Source: Candidatus Angelobacter sp. (lineage in GTDB: Bacteria; Verrucomicrobiota; Verrucomicrobiia; Limisphaerales; AV2). From it: a stretch of DNA of 46,388 nt. A program made the translations under genes and the position numbers. How positions within the stretch are numbered: the stretch's first letter is position 1; each line of letters starts with the position of its first letter. The notes below the pieces were generated by a model. The model was given only the letters and a program-made list of their open reading frames with translations. It made no database searches and was not told where the DNA came from. Below, piece after piece: positions 36,722 to 45,492 of this stretch. The stretch is taken from assembly GCA_035607015.1 (NCBI GenBank), contig DATNDF010000505.1, positions 1-46,388 on the forward strand, written 5' to 3'.

Positions 36722-38112
36722 ACCGGATCGTCGGCCTGGAAACTGAATATGGTTGTTTGACCAGCGACCCCTCCGGGCCGCCCAGCGCCGTCGGCCGGGT
36801 TCGCAACTGGATTTTTGAGAAGAACCGCTTCGGCCTTGCGGACATGCACCAGCGCGACTGGGATGAACCGGCTGGGAATGGCGGTTTTCTTTTCAACGGC
36901 GGAAGGTCCTATGTGGACATGGGCCACCTGGAGTATTGCACACCGGAATGTCTTTCATTGATTGACCTGCTGCGCTACGATCGCGCCGGGGACGCCATTC
37001 TGCTGCACGCGCTCAAAGAAATGCACCTTGCGGAGCAGGTCAGTTTCATTCGCAACAACGTCGATCATTACTCCGGAGCCACTTTTGGCTGCCACGAGAA
37101 TTATCTCGTTCGGCGCACCGCGCCACTCTCTGAAAACAACGTGCTGGCGTTGCTGGCGTTTTTGACGCTGCGGCTGCTCTTCGCCGGATCGGGCCGGGTG
37201 GGTTCGACGCCGGGGGCGGAGTTGCGCGGCGATTTGTTGCGACACGGCGCTGACAGCCATTTTCAGATCAGCCAGCGCGCGGATTACATCAACAACGACC
37301 TGTTCGAGTGGGTGCAATTCAACCGCGCCATCATCAACACGCGCGACGAACCCCTGGCCGACGCCAGAAAGTACCGCCGCCTGCACCTGCTTCACGGGGA
37401 TACGAATGTTTTGCCGACATCTCTCCTGCTCAAGGTGGGCACGACAGCGCTCGTGCTTGACCTGCTGGAACTGGACCAGCTGCCGAAAATCGTTCTGGCC
37501 GACGCGGTGATGACCTTTCGCAATTTGTCCCACCAACCCGACGGTCCCTGGCTGGTGCCTCTGACGGACGGCCGTTGCGCGAGCGCGGTAGAGCTTCTTT
37601 TTAAATTCCTCGACGCGTCGCGGAGGGAGTTTTTCGGCCGCGACAACGAGACTGACGTTGTCCTCCGGGTCTGGGAGGAAGTCCTTTCCGCGCTGGCGAC
37701 GCGTCCGGATATTCTGGTCGGCAAGGTTGACTGGATCACAAAGCGGTGGCTGTTCCGCCAGTTTATGGAGCGAGAGAACATCAGTTGGAGCGATCCGTGG
37801 CTGAAGGCGCAGGACCTCGAGTTTCATCACATCGACCCCGCGCGCAATTTGGGGATCGCCCTGGCCCAGACGCCTTCCGCCTGGGACCCTCCGTCGGCCG
37901 AAATAGCCGACGCCATGCGCTCGGCGCCCGGTAACACGCGCGCGCAGGCGCGTTCCAGGATCATGCGGATGCTCAAAAACCAGCACATCCGCTACTTCGT
38001 GGATTGGGAAGTGATCGACGCGGAGGGAGTCAACTCGTTGAACCTGCTCAATCCATTCGATGCGTCGCCTCCGGAAGCAGACAGCTGGGCGCGCCAGCTG
38101 AACCTTGTTTGA
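36718..38112 (+). CDS. Pup-ligase-family enzyme, PafA-like by position and size (modifier ligase homolog)
   Basis: MNRIVGLETEYGC, GGRSYVDMGHLEYCTPEC, GCHENYL, NRAIINTRDEPLA, RLHLLHGDTNV. 464 aa, compared with 502 aa for the paralog at 33510. Confidence 0.88.
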   Translation: MNRIVGLETEYGCLTSDPSGPPSAVGRVRNWIFEKNRFGLADMHQRDWDEPAGNGGFLFNGGRSYVDMGHLEYCTPECLSLIDLLRYDRAGDAILLHALKEMHLAEQVSFIRNNVDHYSGATFGCHENYLVRRTAPLSENNVLALLAFLTLRLLFAGSGRVGSTPGAELRGDLLRHGADSHFQISQRADYINNDLFEWVQFNRAIINTRDEPLADARKYRRLHLLHGDTNVLPTSLLLKVGTTALVLDLLELDQLPKIVLADAVMTFRNLSHQPDGPWLVPLTDGRCASAVELLFKFLDASRREFFGRDNETDVVLRVWEEVLSALATRPDILVGKVDWITKRWLFRQFMERENISWSDPWLKAQDLEFHHIDPARNLGIALAQTPSAWDPPSAEIADAMRSAPGNTRAQARSRIMRMLKNQHIRYFVDWEVIDAEGVNSLNLLNPFDASPPEADSWARQLNLV

Positions 38113-38115
38113 CCT

Positions 38116-38610
38116 TCAGCGCAGCAACTCCGGTCGCGGAACGGTCGACCGTTTGGTCTCATCATCTGCCTGGTGCCTGTGCTGGCGCTTCAAACCTGAG
38201 GCCGCAGGACGGCGCCCAACCGGCGGTTCCTTTTCCGTGATGTAGCCGCGCAAAAACTTTGGCTTGTCCGGGCGGCCGGCTCGACGGTAATCACTCCAAA
38301 GGGAATCGGCGACGACCGAATGCGGCAGCCCGGATTCTGTCGTCAAAAACTCAAACAGCCACTCCATCAGACGCGGCAGCGCAATGCCGGACTTGCGTCC
38401 GGCCCGCGCGAAGAGCCAGTCGCTCCACCGCATAAACGCCGCGAACGGTGACGGTGTCCCGCTCCAAATCAGCGGCGTGGTCTCCACAAAATTGCCGCTG
38501 TTGCCCACGAGATCCCAATAGCGGGCGAAGCGGCGCACCCGTTGCATGTCGACGAAGCTCACAAGTTTGTTCTGCAGGATTTCGTACGGCGGGTCGGGAT
38601 TGTAGATCAT
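38116..38610 (-). CDS. DUF4080-like C-terminal module of a B12-binding radical SAM protein (separated from the catalytic part by an in-frame TGA)
   Basis: MIYNPDPPYEILQNKLVSFVDMQRVRRFARYWDLVGNSGNF. It is in the same reading frame as 38614-39690, with only TGA-GGA between the two ORFs. Confidence 0.7.
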   Translation of the reverse strand: MIYNPDPPYEILQNKLVSFVDMQRVRRFARYWDLVGNSGNFVETTPLIWSGTPSPFAAFMRWSDWLFARAGRKSGIALPRLMEWLFEFLTTESGLPHSVVADSLWSDYRRAGRPDKPKFLRGYITEKEPPVGRRPAASGLKRQHRHQADDETKRSTVPRPELLR

Positions 38611-38613
38611 TCC

Positions 38614-39690
38614 TCATTCAGCGTCGTGGCGAATGATCGGCGTTCCGCGCAACCGTTTGAGAATGCCCACTTGAATCTCCTGGGGACGGAGCGCGATCAG
38701 CCGGTCGAACCCGGAGGCGAAGCTCTCAAGCGATTCTCCGGGAAGGCCGGCGATCAGGTCCGTGTGGACATGGACGCCGGTTTGTGAACGGAGAAACCGA
38801 AGGTTGTCGGCGAGTTTGGCATAATCCTGCCGACGGCTGATGAGCCGGCTGACCCCGGCATTGAACGTCTGAATGCCGATCTCAAACTGCAGGGCGCCTG
38901 CCGGGAATTGTGCGATGAGATGGCGCAATGCGTCCGGCAGACGATCGGGGATCATTTCAAAGTGTACGAACAAACCCGGTCGATAACGCTCGTAGAAGAA
39001 CTGGAGTATTGCTTTGCTGACGTCCAGGTTCAGGTTGAATGTGCGATCCACAAACTTGAATTGTCGGACTCCGCGACCGAGCAGGCGTTCCATCGCTTCA
39101 AGAAAAGCGGGCAGGGGAAACTGCCGCACGGGAACGTTGAGTGACGACAGGCAAAACTCGCAGGTGAACGGACAACCGCGCGATGCCTCCACATAAATGA
39201 CACGATGCGCCACGTCCTCTTCCGTGTAGAGGTCGTAAGGCAGCACCAGTTCGCTCAAACCGGGACGTTCGGCGGCGATGATTTTATCCGCAGGGCGGCT
39301 CCCGGAAAGGATTTTGCGGCAAGCTTCGGCGAACTTCCGGTCTGCTTCGCCCGTGATGACATAATCCGCGAGGCGCGCGATTTCCTGATTCTCGACCTCG
39401 AAACTGACTTCCGGCCCACCAATGACAACAACAACATCGGGCCGCAATCGTTTGAGTGCCGCGACGGTTTCGGTCGTCTGCGCCACGTTCCAGATGTAAA
39501 CGCCGAGGCCGATGATTTTTGGCTGGCGGGCCAGCAGCACCTCCACCACATCGAGAGGCCGCTGCGTGATATCGAACTCGACGAGGCAGGTTTGTGTCCT
39601 CAGTTCGCCCAGATTGGCGAGCAGGTAACGGAGACCGAAGGCACTGTGGACATATTTCGCGTTCAGCGTGGCAAGGATGATCTCAGCCAT
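38614..39690 (-). CDS. B12-binding-domain radical SAM protein (N-terminal and catalytic part)
   Basis: [23 protein letters not shown] (cobalamin-binding-like Rossmann N-terminus). [14 protein letters not shown] is the CxxxCxxC radical-SAM cluster motif. Confidence 0.88.
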   Translation of the reverse strand: MAEIILATLNAKYVHSAFGLRYLLANLGELRTQTCLVEFDITQRPLDVVEVLLARQPKIIGLGVYIWNVAQTTETVAALKRLRPDVVVVIGGPEVSFEVENQEIARLADYVITGEADRKFAEACRKILSGSRPADKIIAAERPGLSELVLPYDLYTEEDVAHRVIYVEASRGCPFTCEFCLSSLNVPVRQFPLPAFLEAMERLLGRGVRQFKFVDRTFNLNLDVSKAILQFFYERYRPGLFVHFEMIPDRLPDALRHLIAQFPAGALQFEIGIQTFNAGVSRLISRRQDYAKLADNLRFLRSQTGVHVHTDLIAGLPGESLESFASGFDRLIALRPQEIQVGILKRLRGTPIIRHDAE

Positions 39691-39935
39691 AGGGGCGGCT
39701 CAACTTATCACGTTACATCGTCGGTGCGCAAAGTGAATAGCAGAGAGGGGAGCATCCTCTTTGTTCGTATTCCACCGCAGAGACACACGTTCATAACCTG
39801 GGAACAAGCGGTGAATAACAAGTGACAAAGTCGCTCTTGACTTCCTTCGAGTCGGGCCGAGTTTGGTAGCGACGGTGCAATCGTATCCGGCCGTCTTTGT
39901 TTCGTGAAAAGTCGTTGCCAACAGCTGCCGATTTC

Positions 39936-40517
39936 ATGAACGACCTGCTTGCTAAACCGAATGTCAGTGAATCAACGGCGGCGAGGGAGGGAGTTTTTTC
40001 CGCGGTCATCGCTTACGAGGATGCCATGACACGCGATCGTGCGATGCAGGTCTGCGAACGCCTTGTTCAGAGGTTCTGGAAGGACATGGAATTCAATTTC
40101 AGATGGTGGCGGTTCGATTTCCTGCGGGATGCTGGATTCGTCCGGCAGGCCGCGCGTCAGGCAGCGGGTTCTGATTTGATATTGTTTTCCGCGCACGCGC
40201 GGCGCGAGTTGCCTTGCATTGTTGAAAAATGGATCGAGACCTGGGTGCCGTGGCGGGGTGCGCGCGATGGAGTTCTGGTGGCGATGATCGGCACAGCTGA
40301 AGATCAGCTCAGAGGATTGGTCCCGATCCAGGTATATTTGCGCGAAGTCGCGCGGCGCGCCAATATGGACTATCTGTCGCAGGCCGCGGGCGCCTCAGTG
40401 AGTGAATTGAACACCTCGATCGAGACCATCACGAAGCGCGCGGAAAAGGTCACTTCGCTCCTGGATGGAATTCTGCATCACGCGACGATTCCTCCGCGTT
40501 GGGGAATAAACGAGTAA
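39936..40517 (+). CDS. hypothetical protein
   Basis: 193 aa from the ATG at 39936 (the track uses a TTG at 39897). Protein-like, balanced composition (VIAYEDAMTRDRAMQVCERLVQRFWKDMEFNFRWWRFDFL...). I recognise no domain. Confidence 0.55.
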   Translation: MNDLLAKPNVSESTAAREGVFSAVIAYEDAMTRDRAMQVCERLVQRFWKDMEFNFRWWRFDFLRDAGFVRQAARQAAGSDLILFSAHARRELPCIVEKWIETWVPWRGARDGVLVAMIGTAEDQLRGLVPIQVYLREVARRANMDYLSQAAGASVSELNTSIETITKRAEKVTSLLDGILHHATIPPRWGINE

Positions 40518-40618
40518 GCGTGGTTCGACGAGTCGGGTTCGTGGTTGCGAGGGAACCGGGAACACATCTGAACACTCAAGGTGGTTGATTTAACTCACGC
40601 GTTCATTAGCATCCAGGC

Positions 40619-40906
40619 ATGAAAGTGCTTCTCCGACTTCGCTCGATACCCGGCGCGCTGTTCGCGATGATATGTGTTGCCTGGCTTCCGACGGGCGGCG
40701 CAGCACGCGCGATCGAAACGGCGATGGAGTCGTTACGGACATGCACGCCGATGTTGCAGATAACGATGGCGCAGCGTTTGTCGGCGTCGGACATCGCCAT
40801 CTGCGAGCACAGCTATCATGCACTGGTTGTCGGCAGTTGGCCGCAGTATTGGAGGTCAGGAGGAAGGCAGTTCAGGGGAAGGGGATTCGATCGAGATCCG
40901 CGATGA
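40619..40906 (+). CDS. possible small secreted protein
   Basis: 95 aa with a signal-like start, MKVLLRLRSIPGALFAMICVAWLPTGGAARA. GC-rich third positions over the first ~60 codons, but the tail is R/G-rich and weak. Confidence 0.3.
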   Translation: MKVLLRLRSIPGALFAMICVAWLPTGGAARAIETAMESLRTCTPMLQITMAQRLSASDIAICEHSYHALVVGSWPQYWRSGGRQFRGRGFDRDPR

Positions 40907-40975
40907 ATTTCACGGTGTGCCTCGCTGAACTTCTCGCAATATTCGGACGAGATCGGGATCGAGTCGAACGGAATT

Positions 40976-43060
40976 TCAGTGCTCCACTTGCTTCCGGCTC
41001 TTGCTTTCGGTGATGATTTTCTGTTCCAGCTCGCGCGGCATTTCTTCGTAGTGGCTGAATTCCTCGGTGTGAATGCCGCGGCCGCCGGTGAGTGAGCGAA
41101 CCGTGGTGGCGTAGTGGTAAAGTTCCATCGCCGGAACCTGGGCTTTGACCACCTGAAACGAGCCGTCGGTGTCCATGCCCAGAATTCTTCCGCGCCGGCT
41201 GGAAAGGTCACCGATCACTTTGCCGAGCGCGTCCTCGTGGACTTTGATTTCGAGGTTGTAGATGGGTTCGAGCAAGCCGGGCCGCGCGTTGGTGAATGCT
41301 TCCTTGAACGCTTCCTTGCCGGCGATCTGAAACGAAATGTCGTTCGAATCCACCGGATGCATCTTGCCGTCGTAGAAATCAATCTTCAAATCCACCACGC
41401 GATAACCGGCGAGGATGCCTTCCGCGCAGGCCGACAGAACGCCCTTTTCAACGGACGGCACATAAACGCGGTCCACGTTCTGGCCGGTGAGAGTTTGTGT
41501 GAATTCAACGCCGGTGTTGCGTGGCTTTGGTTCAATGCGCATCCAGACCTCGGCGAATTGCCCGGCGCCACCGGTCTGCTTTTTGTGGCGATACTTCGAC
41601 TCGGCCCGGCCCTTGATGGTCTCGCGAAATGGGATCCTCGGCGGGATAAGCTCAATCTCGACTTTATAGCGCCTCTTCAACCGGTCGGTGAGCACGGCAA
41701 GGTGCAAATCGCCTTGGGCGGACATCACGGTCTGGTGCAATTCGGAATCCACATGGTAAAGAAACGTGGGATCCTCCTCGTGCAATGCGGCCAGGCCGGT
41801 GGCGATTTTGTCCTCATCGCCCTTGGAATTCAGTTTGAGCGCAGCGTGAATGTTGGGTTTGGGATAAACGACTTTGGGAAGCGCAACGATCATGCGCGAA
41901 CTGCAGAGCGTGTTGCCGGTGTGTGTGTCCTTGAGTTTGACAACCGCCCCGATGTCGCCAGCGTTGAGGCCGTTGACGGGCGTCCGGTTTTTTCCGTTGA
42001 GAACATAGATCTGGCCGACTTTTTCAGTGATGCGCCTGTCGCTGTTGTAGAGTTCCCCCCCAACTTTCACGGATCCGGAATAAAGCCGGAAAAAGGAAAG
42101 CTCGCCGAACTGGGCCTCGCTCATCGTCTTGAACACGTACAGGACCGGTTCGGGACTCGAGAGGGCGACCTGGGTTTCGTTGCCCGCGGTATCCACAGCC
42201 CCGACTTTCTCGCGGTCAACCGGTGACGAGCCGTATTTGGCAATGAAATCCATGAGTCGGGCGACACCGACGTTCGTTTCGGCGGAGGTGCAAAACACGG
42301 GAATGAACGACTGCTTTTGCACGGCGGCATGAACTCCGGCGCGCAGTTCGTCTTCCGACAAACTCCCTCGGTCGAAGAATTTCTCCAGCAGCGAGTCATC
42401 GGATTCCGCGATGTGTTCGATCAATCGTTTGTGCAGTTGATTGACTTTTTCCGACCATTCTCCGGCAGCCGGCACTTCCTGAAATTTGCCGCTCAAGTCC
42501 TTCTGATAAGTGACGATCTCACTGCGCATGACATCGAGGATGGTGTTAAAGCCGGAGCCCGGATTGACCGGCCAGTTCATTGGGAAGACCCGTTCTCCGA
42601 AGTGCTCACGGCACTGAGCGAGCGTTTTCTCGAAGTTCGACTGATCCTTGTCCATGGCATTTATCACAATCATCTTCGGAATGCCATATTGCGTGGCGTA
42701 ATTCCAGACCTGGTCGGTACCAACCCCGACTCCATGATTCGCGTGGATGACGACGAGCGCGAAGTCACCGACGCGCAATGCGCCTAGACCTTCGCTGATG
42801 AAGTCCAGGTAACCGGGGGTGTCGATGACGTTGAATTTTTTTCCAAGCCATTCGGCGTGGAGCAACGAGGCGTGGACGGAGATGTGACGTTGCTGCTCGC
42901 TTACATGGTAATCGGATACCGTCGTGCCGTTCGCGACGCTGCCCATCCGGTGAATCGAGCCGCTGCACACCAGCATCGCCTCACTCAACATTGTCTTGCC
43001 CGATGAGGCGTGTCCGACGATTGCGAAATTCCTGATGTCAGACGATTGATACGTTTGCAT
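40976..43060 (-). CDS. elongation factor G paralog (EF-G-like translational GTPase)
   Basis: G1 VGHASSGKT, G3 DTPGYLDF, G4 NAMDK, followed by EF-G domains II-V. I prefer the start at 43060 (MQTYQSSDIRNFAIVGH...). The ORF track extends it to 43168. Confidence 0.9.
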   Translation of the reverse strand: MQTYQSSDIRNFAIVGHASSGKTMLSEAMLVCSGSIHRMGSVANGTTVSDYHVSEQQRHISVHASLLHAEWLGKKFNVIDTPGYLDFISEGLGALRVGDFALVVIHANHGVGVGTDQVWNYATQYGIPKMIVINAMDKDQSNFEKTLAQCREHFGERVFPMNWPVNPGSGFNTILDVMRSEIVTYQKDLSGKFQEVPAAGEWSEKVNQLHKRLIEHIAESDDSLLEKFFDRGSLSEDELRAGVHAAVQKQSFIPVFCTSAETNVGVARLMDFIAKYGSSPVDREKVGAVDTAGNETQVALSSPEPVLYVFKTMSEAQFGELSFFRLYSGSVKVGGELYNSDRRITEKVGQIYVLNGKNRTPVNGLNAGDIGAVVKLKDTHTGNTLCSSRMIVALPKVVYPKPNIHAALKLNSKGDEDKIATGLAALHEEDPTFLYHVDSELHQTVMSAQGDLHLAVLTDRLKRRYKVEIELIPPRIPFRETIKGRAESKYRHKKQTGGAGQFAEVWMRIEPKPRNTGVEFTQTLTGQNVDRVYVPSVEKGVLSACAEGILAGYRVVDLKIDFYDGKMHPVDSNDISFQIAGKEAFKEAFTNARPGLLEPIYNLEIKVHEDALGKVIGDLSSRRGRILGMDTDGSFQVVKAQVPAMELYHYATTVRSLTGGRGIHTEEFSHYEEMPRELEQKIITESKSRKQVEH

Positions 43061-43207
43061 GAGTCGAATTGACTGATCCTGGGGCCATGGATATTGGAAT
43101 GCTTCGGTTCTATCAAACCGGGCCGGGATGGCCAACAAATCTTTACGCCCCGGAATGTTTTTTGCCATTTGCCTTTCAAGATTTGTAGGTTAAAATGAGT
43201 TCATCCT

Positions 43208-43516
43208 ATGAAGACCGTGACCGTAGCTGCGTTTAACTCGCCTGCCGAAGCCGAACCGCTGAAGGGCCGGTTGGCAGCGGTTGGCATACAGGCCGAAATT
43301 CACAGCGAATCGAAATTGGGTGAGACACTTGATTTCTCTCGCCCGAGGGCCGGTGTGCGAATCGAAGTGCCGAGGGGCGATTTCGAAAGAGCGCTGCGCG
43401 TGGTGTATGACTGGAACGTCGCGTCAGCTCCTGAAGGAGCGGCTTCGTCGGCTGTGAATCGCGGTTCGACGGGGGGTGGTGCTCCTCGCCAAAGCGATTC
43501 GTGGCGTCCGGCGTGA
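43208..43516 (+). CDS. DUF2007-like small protein (putative signal-transducing fold)
   Basis: MKTVTVAAFNSPAEAEPLKGRLAAVGIQAEIHSE...GVRIEVPRGDFERALRVV fits the DUF2007 pattern. The C-terminal 35 aa are low-complexity. Confidence 0.6.
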   Translation: MKTVTVAAFNSPAEAEPLKGRLAAVGIQAEIHSESKLGETLDFSRPRAGVRIEVPRGDFERALRVVYDWNVASAPEGAASSAVNRGSTGGGAPRQSDSWRPA

Positions 43517-43770
43517 CTCTGATTCGCGGCAAGTGGTCGAAGTCGATGCTGCGATTGCGAAGTTGTGAACAGGTGGTGAATACGTTTTGAATATCTTCGC
43601 ATTGCAGATCGTCGTACTCCGCCGTATAGAGCATTTGCTTCTTCATTAATGGGGTGAGCGGTCTGCGGGAAACGTGAGAAAAAGTTTTGCAGCTGGCGCA
43701 CGACCCAGGTGGATTTGAAGGAGAGCAGTCCAAGCATACTGCCCGGACGGATTTGTGTGAAGGACGTGTT

Positions 43771-43980
43771 ATGACAACTGAGTCAACCAGGATGGAGCCG
43801 CGAGTCATCGGCGTTGCGCGCGCCACTCGTGACTCGAAGACTGAGCCGGCACCGGGTGCGCACAGGTTGAGGGCGTTGCGCGGCGAACTGGAAGAAGAGC
43901 GCAACCACTGGACAGAGCAGGTAGCCGCGATGGTGGAGGAGGATTACCGTCAGCTGATGGCGGATTTGGACCAGGATTAG
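43771..43980 (+). CDS. small hypothetical protein with acidic helical C-terminus
   Basis: ATG at 43771 with gaagga 6 nt upstream. 69 aa, ...LRALRGELEEERNHWTEQVAAMVEEDYRQLMADLDQD. Confidence 0.35.
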   Translation: MTTESTRMEPRVIGVARATRDSKTEPAPGAHRLRALRGELEEERNHWTEQVAAMVEEDYRQLMADLDQD

Positions 43981-44102
43981 AACTCCTCACTCGATCGTTT
44001 CCCCGTCGCTTCAAAAGCCCGGTCGTGCGGGAAAAAGTGGTTGTGTCCACGGGGGCGATGTCGCAGATTTTGGAGGCGGAATTCATTGCCAGAACCTCAT
44101 CT

Positions 44103-45218
44103 ATGAACACACTCTATCCTCTTTTTGTCGCGTTGCTTGCGGGTGCGCGGTTGCTCTCCGCAGCGCCATCTGGTGAGGCGCTCGCCCTTGGGTCGCACGC
44201 GCCTGATTTCAAACTGCGCGGAGTGGATGGGAAGAGGTATTCGCTTGGAAGTTTCAAGAAGGCGGATGTTCTTGTGATCGTCTTCACATGCAATCATTGC
44301 CCGACCGCCCAGTATTATGAAGAACGGCTCAAACAGATTGCGGGCGATTACAAAACAAGGGGCGTTTCTCTCGTGGCGATCAACCCCAACGATCCTGGCT
44401 CGATTCGCCTCGACGAACTGGGCTACACTGATCTGAGCGATTCATTTGATGAAATGCGGATCCGGGCAAGGAGCAAAGAATTCAACTTTCCGTATCTTTA
44501 CGACGGAGAAATGCAGGCGGCGGCACGAGCCTATGGCCCGGTGGCGACGCCACACGTTTTCGTTTTCGACAAGGAGCGTAAACTTCGCTACGCGGGCCGT
44601 GTGGATGACAGCGAACGGCCGGAATTCGTAAAGGTTCACGATCTACGCGACGCGATTGACGCATTGCTGGCAGGGCGGGAGGTTCAGTCCAAGCGCACAA
44701 AGTCGTTCGGCTGTTCGATCAAGTGGGCGGGCAAAGAGGAGGCGGTCAAACGATACATGCAAAACCTGGCCGCGGAACCGGTAGGTGTGGAGCTAGCGGG
44801 CGCGGACGTTTTGAAAGCCCTGCGCGACGGCGCTCCCGGCAAAACGCGGCTCATCAACTTTTGGGCGACATGGTGCGGGCCGTGCATCACTGAGTTTCCA
44901 GATTTGGTCACAATCAACCGCATGTACCGTCACCGTGCGTTTGAAATGATCACGGTATCCGCGAATTATCCCGACGAGAGGAATGCCGTTCTTGCATTCC
45001 TTCAAAAAAATCACGCATCAGGCCGCAACCTACTTTTTGGCGAGACGGACAAATACAAGCTCATGGAGGCGTTCGACCCCAAGTGGGACGGCGCGCTGCC
45101 ATATACGATATTGATCGGGCCAGACGGACAAGTGGTCTATCGATGTCAGGACGCGGTTGACCCGTTGGAACTGAGGCGGGCGATCGTGAAATCGCTCCAA
45201 GAAGACCGCTTCAAATAA
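44103..45218 (+). CDS. secreted two-domain thioredoxin-fold (TlpA/redoxin-like) protein
   Basis: Signal MNTLYPLFVALLAGARLLSAAPS. First domain VIVFTCNHCPTAQ (CxxC), second domain INFWATWCGPCITEFP (WCGPC). Confidence 0.85.
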   Translation: MNTLYPLFVALLAGARLLSAAPSGEALALGSHAPDFKLRGVDGKRYSLGSFKKADVLVIVFTCNHCPTAQYYEERLKQIAGDYKTRGVSLVAINPNDPGSIRLDELGYTDLSDSFDEMRIRARSKEFNFPYLYDGEMQAAARAYGPVATPHVFVFDKERKLRYAGRVDDSERPEFVKVHDLRDAIDALLAGREVQSKRTKSFGCSIKWAGKEEAVKRYMQNLAAEPVGVELAGADVLKALRDGAPGKTRLINFWATWCGPCITEFPDLVTINRMYRHRAFEMITVSANYPDERNAVLAFLQKNHASGRNLLFGETDKYKLMEAFDPKWDGALPYTILIGPDGQVVYRCQDAVDPLELRRAIVKSLQEDRFK

Positions 45219-45224
45219 GCGCTT

Positions 45225-45246
45225 GCGCGGAGGCATCCGCGTTTTC
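45225..45246 (+). terminator. rho-independent terminator
   Basis: CGCGGA-ggca-TCCGCG followed by TTTTCC, starting 7 nt after the stop of the thioredoxin-fold gene. Confidence 0.6.
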
Positions 45247-45492
45247 CGACGACTTTGCCATCCGGGAATTGTCAGGTTTCAAAACAATATGCTGGACATT
45301 CAGTCAATGATTCTCTAACTGACTGGGTGTCGTAAGTTGTAGTCTCGGTCCGCCTGCAAGGCGGAACATCGGCTTTAGCCGAAACATAGCTTCTGCCTCC
45401 ATTAGTTGAGTCCTCGCCCAGGGCTTACCCCGATATATTGTGGTTTTTAGGCTTTACTTTACAAGCCGTAGTGTAGTTACTCTGGGCAAATT

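Noticed and set aside
38614-38616. The in-frame TGA in the radical SAM gene read as selenocysteine.
   Set aside because: There is no SECIS-like hairpin immediately downstream. The position lies in a linker, not next to a redox-active Cys motif. No selA, selB, selC or selD is present in the window. A nonsense mutation, a sequencing error or a natural split is more likely.
43233-43904. 223-aa minus-strand ORF covering the DUF2007 gene and the spacer.
   Set aside because: Most of it is antisense to the better-supported DUF2007 ORF and is compositionally junk-like. Only the short low-GC segment is kept, as a low-interest finding.
45336-45385. GTTGTAG...GAAAC string reminiscent of a CRISPR repeat.
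   Set aside because: It is a single copy with no spacer-repeat periodicity and no cas genes.
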